From a virus, in IMG/VR virus record IMGVR_UViG_3300036466_000273, positions 1 through 64,000 of that record: 64,000 bases of DNA; one strand, given 5' to 3'. Shown piece by piece: positions 20,074 through 29,260 of this stretch. The notes beneath the pieces were generated by a model. The model was not told where the DNA came from. It saw nothing but the letters and a program-made list of their open reading frames with translations, and did not search any database. How positions within the stretch are numbered: the first letter of the stretch is position 1; the number at the start of each line of letters is the position of its first letter. Both the position numbers and the translations under genes were made by a program.

Positions 20074-20468
20074 AATCTTTCATTAAATCAACTATAGAAC
20101 AACATTTTTCTTTACATAGACTAAATATAGCTTGGTATATAGCAGCTGTCACCAACAGTGCTATGGCGATATTAGGTATATATAGCAATCTTGCCTTATA
20201 CTATTCTATAGTAACTATGAGTAGTATTTTAGTACTAAACTTATTTAGTCTTATTTACACTAAGAGAAAGGGATTGAAAATATTTTATTTTCCTTCGTCC
20301 TTTACCACAGCAGTACTGCTTTATATCCCTTTTGTTTTATTAGGTGCATTCTCAAATGTATATGTTTTGTCTCTGTCTATAACAGCTAGTTTAGTTTATA
20401 TTATAGAAAGACTATACATAGAAAAGACACTAGTAGTATATGAAAAGCAAATCCCTGGATACAACTAG
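20070..20468 (+). CDS. Four-TM membrane protein
   Basis: Four hydrophobic segments. Confidence 0.65.
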   Translation: MKSFIKSTIEQHFSLHRLNIAWYIAAVTNSAMAILGIYSNLALYYSIVTMSSILVLNLFSLIYTKRKGLKIFYFPSSFTTAVLLYIPFVLLGAFSNVYVLSLSITASLVYIIERLYIEKTLVVYEKQIPGYN

Positions 20469-20477
20469 GAGGTTATA

Positions 20478-20693
20478 ATGGACAAATGCCTAATTTGTGG
20501 GAATAAGAAACTTTTAACACAGCCTAAGCCCCAAACTCTAAAGTATAAAGGATTCTCTCATCCAATATACTACAAAATTCTAGTATGTATGAACTGCTAT
20601 GGTGAAGTAGTGCCTCGTAAAGCTATAGAATATTATAAGTATGAGCTAGACAACTTCAGAGCTGAGATTGACTCAATAAAAAATTATTCTTGA
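20478..20693 (+). CDS. MqsA/YgiT-type zinc finger (toxin-binding domain only)
   Basis: CxxCG...YKG......VCxxCxGEV pattern; no C-terminal HTH. Confidence 0.65.
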   Translation: MDKCLICGNKKLLTQPKPQTLKYKGFSHPIYYKILVCMNCYGEVVPRKAIEYYKYELDNFRAEIDSIKNYS

Positions 20694-20718
20694 CAATTTA
20701 CTCGAATTTTAGTATAAT
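20690..20718 (+). promoter_or_regulatory. Early promoter
   Basis: TTGACA-17-TATAAT. Confidence 0.85.
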
Positions 20719-20742
20719 GTACTATAAATAATTGGAGAATTT

Positions 20743-21258
20743 ATGAATATTTTTTACACAAATCACAATCCTCAGTTCTGTGCTAGAGAACATTGCACAG
20801 TGCATACTAGAAAAATGATAATTGAGTATGCACAAATGCTCTCTACAGCCCATAGAGTATGTGATGGAGATGAGTTTGCTGATGAAGATAGTTTATATAA
20901 GCGTACACATGAAAACCATCCATGTACTAAGTGGGTAAGAGCAAACTCAGGTAATTATAGGTGGTTGTATGCTTGCCTTAAAGAATTATGTAAAATCTAC
21001 TGGAAAAGTTCCGGTAATAAGCATGCCACCCATAGATTACTGGAATATCTACAGTATTGCCCTGTGTATATACCAAATTACTTATGTACTTGGGAGCCAC
21101 CCCCACAAGCAATGCCAGATGAATTTAAGCATAAAGATATTAGAGAGGCTTATAAACAATACATCAATTCTAAGTACTTAGATTGGCTGAGTAGAGAAAA
21201 GCCTATTAAAGTTGATTGGTACTTTGAAAAACCAGAATGGGCTGAGTATGGGGGATAG
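20743..21258 (+). CDS. Pyrimidine-dimer DNA glycosylase (DenV-like) family protein
   Basis: MNIFY...HxxKMIIEYAQMLSTAH...YKxTHxNHPCTKW...PPQAMPD. Confidence 0.8.
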   Translation: MNIFYTNHNPQFCAREHCTVHTRKMIIEYAQMLSTAHRVCDGDEFADEDSLYKRTHENHPCTKWVRANSGNYRWLYACLKELCKIYWKSSGNKHATHRLLEYLQYCPVYIPNYLCTWEPPPQAMPDEFKHKDIREAYKQYINSKYLDWLSREKPIKVDWYFEKPEWAEYGG

Positions 21259-21260
21259 CT

Positions 21261-21485
21261 GTGCGAATAGAGCGTGAAAATAGATACGTAGTACTAAAAC
21301 TAAAGGATATAAATAACTGCTTTTCTAGTACAGAATGGGAAATTTTAAGAGCACTTTGTGAAAAAGTAGACTATTACAGAGAGTGCGTTGATAAAGAGAA
21401 ATTAGAGTGTTTAGTTATTGAAAGTGACTGGCCTGAGTATGAAACAGCCTGGCTATCTATAGTGAACAGGATGAGGAACTCATAG
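21261..21485 (+). CDS. Conserved small phage protein
   Basis: RENRYVVLKxKD...CLVIESDWPEYExAW motif. Confidence 0.6.
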   Translation: MRIERENRYVVLKLKDINNCFSSTEWEILRALCEKVDYYRECVDKEKLECLVIESDWPEYETAWLSIVNRMRNS

Positions 21486-22518
21486 TGCAGAAACTATTAA
21501 ATACTTTAAAAGATAAATTCCCTGAAATAGAAATGATTGAAGAAAAAAGAGAGTTCATATACTCTAGTTGGATTCTTGACTTCAAAAATGGTAATTCAAT
21601 GATTATTATGAAACAGCCACCACCATACATAGGAGACGGGGAACTCTATACTATTGCAACCTATAACTCTGAGGAGGAATATGACGATTCGTTGACTTAT
21701 CAAGGGGAAGAGGCTTACCTAACAGATAAATGTATTATTAAAAGTGTAGACTTTATAAGGAGTTTATAATGGATATTAAAAAAATGGCTCAAGCTATTGA
21801 GCAAGCAAATGAAGCAGGGCTGATACCTTTCATAACTAAATTCTATGAAGAAGGCGAAGATTATTCAGTTGAGTCACTGGAAGAGTATCTCCAACAAAAT
21901 ATACATTTTGGGAAAGCCTCCGCAGCAATAGAGAGTGTAGCACAAGATCTCTACTATGAGAAAAGTAATAATGCTACCAAAAGCTTGGTAATGGACTCTG
22001 GTATTGCTATTACAATAGATATCGAAGAGTATCTGCTAGTAGCGCTATACTCAAAGTCTGAAGATGACCCGGGATATTTTGCTAAGCTAGAAGTAGTGTT
22101 TGATAAGGAGGAGTCTATTCAAACATTTGTGGATGCTATGTATGATATGGATACTGCAATTATGGCTCTTATGGAGTCAATAGGTTTTGATAACCTAGGT
22201 TATATCCAGCTTAGAATGGAGAAATAAAGTATATACTAAGGAGGTACGTATGGAATTTAGTTGGAAAGTAATCATTGCTACCCCCGTACTCTTCCTAATA
22301 GCTATAATAATTGAATCAGCAATAAAGGAATATTTATATGATAGACGATGACATACTTTGTAAGATGTATAAAGTAGCAAAATCATGCACTACAAAAGAG
22401 CAAGCAGCTTCTGCAAAGAAGTATATCGAATTAGCAAGCAAGCAATATCCATGTATATTAAATATACTATCTCATCTATTTATGATTACGGATTTATCAG
22501 TTGCTAGGAGTAAGAAGC

Positions 22519-23154
22519 ATGTCCGATTATAAAGAACTGGAAAATAGTAGTAAATGGGAGTCTGAAAACTCTCGTTTGAAGTATGTACTAGGAAATAACC
22601 ATAAAAAAGTACGCATAAAAAATAGAGAGGAGTTACTACTGACCCCAGGGGTTTCCTATACTGCAGATAATAGAATAATTGGACCGGGTAATATTATATT
22701 CTTCAATACTATGGCAGAATTTGCAGGGATGGAATTTAGAATAGGAGACCTCCCAAGAGGATACCCTTGGAAAAGTTGGATGTATGAAGAAGTACGAGGG
22801 TGTATTAAAGAGGAGAGGCTTGTAGCAGAGGAAGATCCCAATGGAATTAACCAACATGATCCAGGTGCTAAGCTAGACAAAGGTAAAAATAGAGTCGCTT
22901 TAGTATTAAGTGGATTTTCTAATGCTATTGAAGAAGTGTCTAAGGTAGGAACGTACGGGGCTGAAAAATATTCTCCTAATGGGTGGGAAAAAGTGGATAA
23001 TGGTTTAGAACGCTATGATAACGCTATGCTAAGACATTGGTTAGCTGAAAAACGTGGGGAAGAGTCTGACCCAGATACTGAGTTACTTCATGCAGCCCAT
23101 GCAGCTTGGAACTCTCTTGCTTACCTAGAACTCAAACTTAGGGAGAAAATATGA
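22519..23154 (+). CDS. DUF5664 dATP/dGTP diphosphohydrolase-domain protein with N-terminal extension
   Basis: GAKLDxGK, VGTYGAEKY..NGW, RYxxAMLRH, DPDTxLLHAAHAAWN. Confidence 0.8.
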   Translation: MSDYKELENSSKWESENSRLKYVLGNNHKKVRIKNREELLLTPGVSYTADNRIIGPGNIIFFNTMAEFAGMEFRIGDLPRGYPWKSWMYEEVRGCIKEERLVAEEDPNGINQHDPGAKLDKGKNRVALVLSGFSNAIEEVSKVGTYGAEKYSPNGWEKVDNGLERYDNAMLRHWLAEKRGEESDPDTELLHAAHAAWNSLAYLELKLREKI

Positions 23155-23362
23155 ATATAATAGCAGAGGTTAAAGAATTTGTTGTAGAATTTACAGAACG
23201 TAAAGGGCACTACCCTAAACACATTATTCTAGGGAGGGCAGAAAAATCAAGGCTTAGAAATCTTCCTGACCTGATGCTATTAAATTACCCTGAGGAGTGG
23301 CCAGATAAATTATTTTGTATTCCGTTGAGTTATACTGCGGAAGAAAGTTGTATACGGGTGAA

Positions 23363-23530
23363 ATGATGCCAATCTATGAGTATAAATGCAAAGTCTGTGG
23401 GAAAGAATACACCAAAATTAAAAATATTCTAGAGTACAAAGACTCTATTATGTGCAACTGTGGTAATTGGGCTGATAAAGTCCCCTCCTTGCCAGGGTAT
23501 AGGCGAGACCATACCAGATTTGAGAGGTGA
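23363..23530 (+). CDS. FmdB-family zinc ribbon protein
   Basis: MPIYEYKCxxCG...CxCG. Confidence 0.75.
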   Translation: MMPIYEYKCKVCGKEYTKIKNILEYKDSIMCNCGNWADKVPSLPGYRRDHTRFER

Positions 23531-23832
23531 GATATGCCAATAGATTATGGATTCTTTTATTATGTGTTAACTGGTTTAAAATACACGGCGGACTTCAAAA
23601 AGGATGTTGGCATACTACTAGGAACTGATGGTAAACTACAAAAATTACTAGACCATAAAATTGAAGTTGAGTCTGATATGTTAAGTATTCTTTGCAAAGA
23701 CGAGGATGATTTAATAGATTACTTTATCAATACATTAAACTTTGGAAGAGATAAAGCCCAAGAAAATGATATTGAGATCCTTACAATAGGTAAATTATAT
23801 GATTTATTAGATGACAGATATTCGGAGGGCGA

Positions 23833-24549
23833 ATGAATATAGAGCTAGTAAGTTTTACAAATAACCCTATTGAAACCTGTGCAAAAGCCGCTTATAACTG
23901 CACTAATACTATAGAAATGCCAGAACATGTAGACCCACATGGTTTAGTGGAGAGAGTACTTACATTAGGTCATGAGAGCATAGCTGAGTTTGCGGATTTT
24001 GTGTTTAAGGCAGATGGAATTAGTAGGGTTGCTAGTCACCAACTAGTTAGACATAGGGTGGCAAGCTATGCACAACAAAGTCAGAGATATAATACATATG
24101 ATACCTTAAGTATTAATATTCCTGACGGGTTATCTTATGAACAAGCAGAGAAAATGAAACAAGCTGCTTCATATTGCCACAACCTTTACCTAGAGTTACT
24201 TAGTGAAGGAGTCCCTGGAGAAGCGGCAAGATACATTCTTCCTAACGCTGCCACTTCTAGTATTTTTATAAAAATGAACGCTAGAGAGTTACGACATTTC
24301 TTTAGCCTAAGACTTTGTTTGACTACTCAGACTGAGATTCGTTTCATGGCGCAGGCTATGTACGAAATTGTACGACGCAAATTTCCAGCCCTTTTTGTAG
24401 GGCAATTCCCGCCTTGTGAAACAAAAGGTGAATGTAAATCATGTCCGGGGGTGAATAAAAATGACAGTACAACAAAAATTAGGGTTACGAAACCTAAGCA
24501 AACCAAACCAAGTAATGAAGCCCAAAAAGACTTATTCGAGGAAGTTTAA
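23833..24549 (+). CDS. thyX: Flavin-dependent thymidylate synthase
   Basis: GHESIAE, ISRVASHQLVRHRVASYAQQSQRY, ARYILP, MNARELRHF. Confidence 0.95.
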   Translation: MNIELVSFTNNPIETCAKAAYNCTNTIEMPEHVDPHGLVERVLTLGHESIAEFADFVFKADGISRVASHQLVRHRVASYAQQSQRYNTYDTLSINIPDGLSYEQAEKMKQAASYCHNLYLELLSEGVPGEAARYILPNAATSSIFIKMNARELRHFFSLRLCLTTQTEIRFMAQAMYEIVRRKFPALFVGQFPPCETKGECKSCPGVNKNDSTTKIRVTKPKQTKPSNEAQKDLFEEV

Positions 24550-24849
24550 ACATCGCAATCGTAAAGGATGGTAATTATGATTAGCAATTTAGATGATACG
24601 TTTGCTTTTAATAAGGCAATAGAATCTTTAGAAGGGATAATTGAACTACAAGAAGGAGTTGCTTTTCCATATGAAGAGAGAACCCAGGAAGCTTTTAAAG
24701 ATGCTCTAAAAGCATTTGAAACAGCCAGTACATATGCTACTAGAATCTCCAGATTGCTCAAAAAGGAAGATTACGAAACTACGTTTCACACGCTTCTAGA
24801 AAGAGACTTGGCTGAAATAGAAGAGCTATTTAATGATTAAAAATAGTTC

Positions 24850-24878
24850 TTGACAATTTTCTCAATATTCGCTATAAT
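24850..24878 (+). promoter_or_regulatory. Early promoter cassette with spacer/leader inverted repeat
   Basis: TTGACA-17-TATAAT; AATTTTCTC/GAGAAAATT and TTCGCTAT/ATAGCGAA arms. Confidence 0.9.
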
Positions 24879-24910
24879 AGTATTATAAATAATAGCGAAA
24901 GGAGAAAATT

Positions 24911-25141
24911 ATGACTAGGGAAAATATTATTAACATTCTTCGTAATTCTGAAGCAACAGTAACATTTCTTAAAAAAGACGGGTCAAAACGTGTTATGAAA
25001 TGTACACTTCGCCCAGATGTACTGCCCGCTCTAAAAGGCTCAAATCATAAGAAGAATGAAGATGTACTTCCAGTATGGGACTTAGAGAAAAATGCTTGGA
25101 GGTCTTTCCGCCTAGATAGTATTATAAAAATAGGAGATTAG
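24911..25141 (+). CDS. WYL-like/SH3 beta-barrel protein
   Basis: VTFxKKDGSxRxMxCTL...VWDLEKNAWRSFRLD. Confidence 0.8.
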   Translation: MTRENIINILRNSEATVTFLKKDGSKRVMKCTLRPDVLPALKGSNHKKNEDVLPVWDLEKNAWRSFRLDSIIKIGD

Positions 25142-25358
25142 ATTGATTGATAATGTTAACAAAATTGAGGAATATCTAAGAGATTCTCTAATTGCACTGG
25201 AAACAATACGAGCAATTACTAAAAAAGATGAACATAGTGAAATAATTAATGTATTTCTCCAAAAGATGGAGAATTCATTAGTTAAAGTAGCGGAATGTAA
25301 CTTAGAGATTACCGATTCTTGCGGTAAACCAAAATCACGATGTATTTTCTTTAACTAA

Positions 25359-25434
25359 GCGAGTGTAGTCCAACGGCAGAGACAATGGACTTAAAATCCA
25401 TAAAGTGAGGATTCGAATTCCTCCACTCGCACCA
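25359..25434 (+). tRNA. tRNA-Leu(TAA), short variable loop
   Basis: Cloverleaf; ATGGA-CTTAAAA-TCCAT; ends ACCA. Confidence 0.9.
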
Positions 25435-25530
25435 ATTTTGTCCGTTCAATGTAGGACGGACACACTAGACTCCGTGACGCCTTCGAAGTCTAGCGCACAA
25501 CAAAAGGCCGAGATAACAAAGGAGGCCGTT

Positions 25531-25743
25531 ATGAAATTTTTTCTTTCTACTCTCTTTATATTGATGCTTACTACTCAAGCCTTTGCATCAACAGCTGGGC
25601 GAACTGACCATTCAGGTATTCTTGTTTGGATGTTCCTAGGGTTTTGTGCGCTGATTGTAGTAGCACAGGTAGTACCTGCTCTAATGATGATGGTTGGTGT
25701 TGGGAAAGCACTACAAAAGGATGCTGCTATTACCAATGAGTAA
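25531..25743 (+). CDS. Small membrane protein resembling a Geobacter/Desulfuromonas family
   Basis: AGGAGG SD; signal peptide then DHSGILVWMFLGFCALIVVAQVVPA. Confidence 0.7.
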   Translation: MKFFLSTLFILMLTTQAFASTAGRTDHSGILVWMFLGFCALIVVAQVVPALMMMVGVGKALQKDAAITNE

Positions 25744-25802
25744 TAGGTGTATTGGGGGGGAATTTCCCCTCCCATTTTTATATAGCATTAAAAATTTTGC
25801 TC

Positions 25803-25831
25803 TTGACGCAAGGGTGGATTTTTAGTATTAT
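25803..25831 (+). promoter_or_regulatory. Promoter for sHSP operon
   Basis: TTGACG-17-TATTAT. Confidence 0.7.
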
Positions 25832-25896
25832 ATAAGAATAATACATAAAGCTACCGAATAATCGGGGCAAGTTTTCTACCGAAAGGAGAAAAACAG

Positions 25897-26292
25897 ATGA
25901 ATCATTCACGAAGCGCTATTAACCAAATGGACAGACTATTTGAGGTACTGTTAAAGACCTCGCAAGCTACTAAAACCAACTATCCTAGATACAGTCTATG
26001 GACTACTGAAGGATGGCAGAATAAGAAGTATATTCTGGATATATTAGTAGCAGGTTTTTCTAGAGATGAACTAAAAGTCTCTTGTTCAGATGGTGTATTA
26101 ACCGTAGCTGCTAAACAAGCAGACTATGGGCACAGAAATTACTTGGAAAAAGGATTTAGTACGAAAGACTTTGAAGTAGAATTTCCAATAGCTAATTCAT
26201 GGCAAGTAACCTCCGTTACCTTGAATAATGGGGTACTAAGTATTCAAATTGAAAAAGAAACTAAAGACGAACAAATACTAGAGATTGGATAA
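25897..26292 (+). CDS. Small heat shock protein (Hsp20/IbpA-like)
   Basis: NYPRYS, VAGFSRDEL.V....VLTV, YLEKG..T..F...F, LNNGVLSI. Confidence 0.85.
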   Translation: MNHSRSAINQMDRLFEVLLKTSQATKTNYPRYSLWTTEGWQNKKYILDILVAGFSRDELKVSCSDGVLTVAAKQADYGHRNYLEKGFSTKDFEVEFPIANSWQVTSVTLNNGVLSIQIEKETKDEQILEIG

Positions 26293-26294
26293 GT

Positions 26295-26744
26295 ATGAAC
26301 GTAGAACGGTTGATAAAACAACTCGAAAAGGATGTAGGGAAATCTAATAGGTTATATCAAGACACAGATGGAAATAAACTAATTGGTATTGGACACTTGA
26401 TAACTGATGACGACCCTGAAGCTCTTAGAGACATACGACCTGGACAGAAAATATCTGAGTCGAAATGCACGGAGCTTCTAACATCTGATCTAACGACTGT
26501 AATAACAGATTGTGTAAAAATATTCGGAACAGAATGGGAAACTTTCCCAGAAGAGTTCCAAGAATCTTTCGCTAACCTTTTGTTCTCTACAAGTAGAGAT
26601 AATATTAGTGACCTAAAAGATATTATCTATAATGCTGTAGACAGAAATTGGACACAAGTAGTAGTAGCACTAAAAGATACTGCTGTCTATCAATCGAATC
26701 CTCAACGAATAGCAAGGATGCAATCACGACTATCTATTCTGTAA
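26295..26744 (+). CDS. T4-lysozyme-like (GH24) protein, catalytic residues apparently lost
   Basis: QLEKDVG...YQDTDGNKLIGIGHLI versus canonical DEG...YxDxxGxxTIGIGHL. Confidence 0.65.
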   Translation: MNVERLIKQLEKDVGKSNRLYQDTDGNKLIGIGHLITDDDPEALRDIRPGQKISESKCTELLTSDLTTVITDCVKIFGTEWETFPEEFQESFANLLFSTSRDNISDLKDIIYNAVDRNWTQVVVALKDTAVYQSNPQRIARMQSRLSIL

Positions 26745-26785
26745 ATAAAAAGCACTGGCTATCTATTAGTCAGTGCTTTTTATTT
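26743..26785. terminator. Intrinsic (bidirectional-type) terminator
   Basis: AAATAAAAAGCACTGGCT...AGTCAGTGCTTTTTATTT. Confidence 0.85.
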
Positions 26786-26850
26786 CTTCTATCTCAGCGC
26801 CGAGTTGCGTACATTTTAAGTGATAGTATTACGTGCGTATAAAAAAGTTC

Positions 26851-26879
26851 TTGACAATTTTCTCAATATTCGCTATAAT
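26851..26879 (+). promoter_or_regulatory. Early promoter cassette
   Basis: TTGACA-17-TATAAT. Confidence 0.9.
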
Positions 26880-26910
26880 AGTATTATAAACAATGGCGAA
26901 AGGAGTAAAA

Positions 26911-27588
26911 ATGGCTAGAGTTAAAAAGAAAGAACACGAAAATTTATCAGATTCTAATATTAAAAAAGTAATAGAACTGCTAGAAGCTAAGCAACCTATT
27001 ACTAAAAAGCACGCTTGTGAGATTCTCAACATCTCTTATAATACCACTAGATTAAATAATATTATAGAGGGATACAAGCACAAAAAAGAGATAGAAGCTA
27101 AGAATAGAAAAGCTAAACGCGGGAAACCTGCTACAAAAGATGAAATTTCAGATATAATTAGAGAGTATCTAAATGGTACTTCTATATCAGAAATTTCTAA
27201 GGATATTTTTAGGTCTTCTAGTTTTGTATCTAATATTATAGATAGAGTAGGAGTACCGCGTAAGCTAACTAAAGAAGAGATGAAGGAGAGCCACTTACTT
27301 CCAGACCAGTGTATGGCGTATGAATTCAAGTATGGTCAAATTGCGTGGTCAGCGAAGTATAATGCTCCCTGTGAAGTTAGAGAAGAATTAACTGATACAG
27401 ACTCAGTAAAATACGAAGAGAAGTACGGATGTAAATGTTATAAGATTTATATCGTTAGTAGGGTAGAGGAGCCAGTTCCAGGGTTCTCATCTGTAGAAAT
27501 CGGTGGGTATAATGCTATTTCTCCCGCAAGTGAGTTAGGTGACTTAACCCATCTTATTGAGTTTTGCCCTAGTGTAGGAAAAATATAA
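26911..27588 (+). CDS. D2: T5 D2-like DNA-binding protein
   Basis: TKKxACEILNISYNTTRL, YLNG..IS.I....RS...V..I; synteny. Confidence 0.8.
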   Translation: MARVKKKEHENLSDSNIKKVIELLEAKQPITKKHACEILNISYNTTRLNNIIEGYKHKKEIEAKNRKAKRGKPATKDEISDIIREYLNGTSISEISKDIFRSSSFVSNIIDRVGVPRKLTKEEMKESHLLPDQCMAYEFKYGQIAWSAKYNAPCEVREELTDTDSVKYEEKYGCKCYKIYIVSRVEEPVPGFSSVEIGGYNAISPASELGDLTHLIEFCPSVGKI

Positions 27589-27842
27589 TGGAATATTATT
27601 TGATTGGAAGTTTGTCTGTAGGAATTGTATCGTATCTTTCTATTCATAGACCGGTACTAAAGGAATTGAGAGCTTCTGGGGAGTTGGAGCGCGATGAATT
27701 TAGGAATCCTATGCTAACAGCTATGATTCTTATAGCATTATTTACAGTTTTGGCTCCATTTATGGTATTTGCTGGTATTTTCACTAGTAATGACCAATTT
27801 AAGCAAAACTATAAAGATAGGCTCCTAGACCAAGAAAAATAG
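27588..27842 (+). CDS. Membrane protein following D2
   Basis: Two hydrophobic segments; synteny with T5-like core. Confidence 0.65.
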   Translation: MEYYLIGSLSVGIVSYLSIHRPVLKELRASGELERDEFRNPMLTAMILIALFTVLAPFMVFAGIFTSNDQFKQNYKDRLLDQEK

Positions 27843-27845
27843 TTC

Positions 27846-27874
27846 TTGACAATTTTCTCAATATTCGCTATAAT
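27846..27874 (+). promoter_or_regulatory. Early promoter cassette
   Basis: TTGACA-17-TATAAT. Confidence 0.9.
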
Positions 27875-28014
27875 ATATTTATAAACAATGGGAAAGGGAG
27901 AAAATGGAAGATTGGGTGAAAGAGTATTGTATGCAGGGTGTTCTTTGGACGGTACATTTTGATGAAGCAATTTAAAACAGACCCTGCAACCACACTAGCG
28001 AAGAAGGAGAAAGT

Positions 28015-28362
28015 ATGAACACATTGTACAAAGTAATTGAGACTGAAGAGTATGGAACTTTTCTTACTAAAGATTCCCAGGGTAAGTTGGTTTTGGAACT
28101 GAAAGGTTCTAACAAAGTAGCGTCTTTTTCAAGCGATGAGCTTGAGGAAGTAATACCTTATACTATTGATATTCGATTTAAGACTGATGGGGGTATCTAT
28201 ACTTTTACCAGTGAAAAGGGCACTCTTGAGTTGGATGACCTAGTAGTATACGAAGGCCCATATGGGCGCGACATCGCGCAGGTCACGGGCGTAGATACTA
28301 AGAATAAAAAATCTAATAAGCCTTTTAAGGGATGGAAGTTGCAAACTCAACGAATCGCATAA
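28015..28362 (+). CDS. Hypothetical protein
   Basis: AAGGAG SD; EEVIPYT motif. Confidence 0.65.
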   Translation: MNTLYKVIETEEYGTFLTKDSQGKLVLELKGSNKVASFSSDELEEVIPYTIDIRFKTDGGIYTFTSEKGTLELDDLVVYEGPYGRDIAQVTGVDTKNKKSNKPFKGWKLQTQRIA

Positions 28363-28372
28363 AAAATAGTTC

Positions 28373-28401
28373 TTGACAAAAAGCTCGATTTTCGGTATAA
28401 T
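28373..28401 (+). promoter_or_regulatory. Promoter for D3 and the tRNA array
   Basis: TTGACA-17-TATAAT. Confidence 0.9.
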
Positions 28402-28434
28402 ATATTTATAAACAATGGCAGAAGGAGCACTTTC

Positions 28435-28917
28435 ATGGGTGATAGATTTTATGGACAACAATTAAAGGCTACCGGAGATTGCCCAGGTGCTTCAAAATCA
28501 CAAAAACGAAAGGGAAGAAAAATGGCGTGGACTGACGAGAAAAAAGCTGAAGCAATCAAACTGTACGAAGATGCTGAACCTACTCCTGAAAATTCAATGG
28601 AAATTGTTAAAGAAGTAGCAGACCAGCTCGACGAAACTCCTAACGGAGTACGAATGATTCTCAGCAAAGCTGGAGTATACGTAAAGAAAGCAGCTGCTGC
28701 AAAAGCATCTGGTGGAGAATCTAAGAAAGGTGGCTCTAAGCGAGTTAGCAAAGAGGATGCTCAAAATGCACTTCGCGAAGCTATCCAAGGTCTTGGACTT
28801 GAGCCTGATGAAGACATCATCACAAAGATGACTGGGAAAGCAGCTCAGTACATTACATCAGTAATCAAAAGTTCTCAAGGTGAAGCTGAAGAAGCTGAAG
28901 CTGAAGCTGAAGGTTAA
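28435..28917 (+). CDS. D3: T5 D3-like DNA-binding protein
   Basis: SMEIVKEVA...TPNGVRMILSKAGVYVKK...DIITKMTGKAA. Confidence 0.85.
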   Translation: MGDRFYGQQLKATGDCPGASKSQKRKGRKMAWTDEKKAEAIKLYEDAEPTPENSMEIVKEVADQLDETPNGVRMILSKAGVYVKKAAAAKASGGESKKGGSKRVSKEDAQNALREAIQGLGLEPDEDIITKMTGKAAQYITSVIKSSQGEAEEAEAEAEG

Positions 28918-28927
28918 GTAGCAATAT

Positions 28928-29002
28928 TCCCAGGTAGCTCAATGGCAGAGCAAGTGACTGTTAATCACTTGGTTGCTGGTTCGAGTCCAGCTCTGGGAGC
29001 CA
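28928..29002 (+). tRNA. tRNA-Asn(GTT)
   Basis: AGTGA-CTGTTAA-TCACT; CCA. Confidence 0.95.
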
Positions 29003-29010
29003 ATTAATGT

Positions 29011-29085
29011 GGTGACTGTAGCTCAATGGTAGAGCAACTGACTGTGACTCAGTGTATTGGGGTTCAACTCCCCACAGTCACACCA
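29011..29085 (+). tRNA. tRNA-His(GTG)
   Basis: ACTGA-CTGTGAC-TCAGT; G-1; ACCA. Confidence 0.9.
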
Positions 29086-29092
29086 ATAATAA

Positions 29093-29169
29093 GCGTCCGT
29101 CGTCTAGCTTGGTAAGGACACTGCCCTTTCACGGCAGTAACGAGGGTTCAAATCCCTTCGGGCGCTCCA
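29093..29169 (+). tRNA. tRNA-Glu(TTC)
   Basis: CTGCC-CTTTCAC-GGCAG; CCA. Confidence 0.95.
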
Positions 29170-29176
29170 ATAATAT

Positions 29177-29251
29177 GCCGCTGTAGCTCAATGGTAGAGG
29201 TGCCGACTTGTAATCGGCGGGTTAGAGGTTCAAGTCCTCTCGGCGGCTCCA
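29177..29251 (+). tRNA. tRNA-Thr(TGT)
   Basis: GCCGA-CTTGTAA-TCGGC; CCA. Confidence 0.95.
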
Positions 29252-29260
29252 AACAACTAT

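Larger units (their letters stand above)
2676..25358 (+). other. Dense accessory/early region of ~80 short co-oriented ORFs, mostly unknown function
   Basis: Abutting or overlapping start/stop codons, SD motifs, periodic consensus promoters; typical of T5-like early regions. Confidence 0.85.

Noticed and set aside
22519-23154. Z-genome (2-aminoadenine) system
   Set aside because: No PurZ or DatZ-like gene in the window; DUF5664 alone is insufficient
25405-25530. N-terminal extension of the 112-aa ORF
   Set aside because: Overlaps tRNA-Leu; the SD and signal peptide indicate a start at 25531
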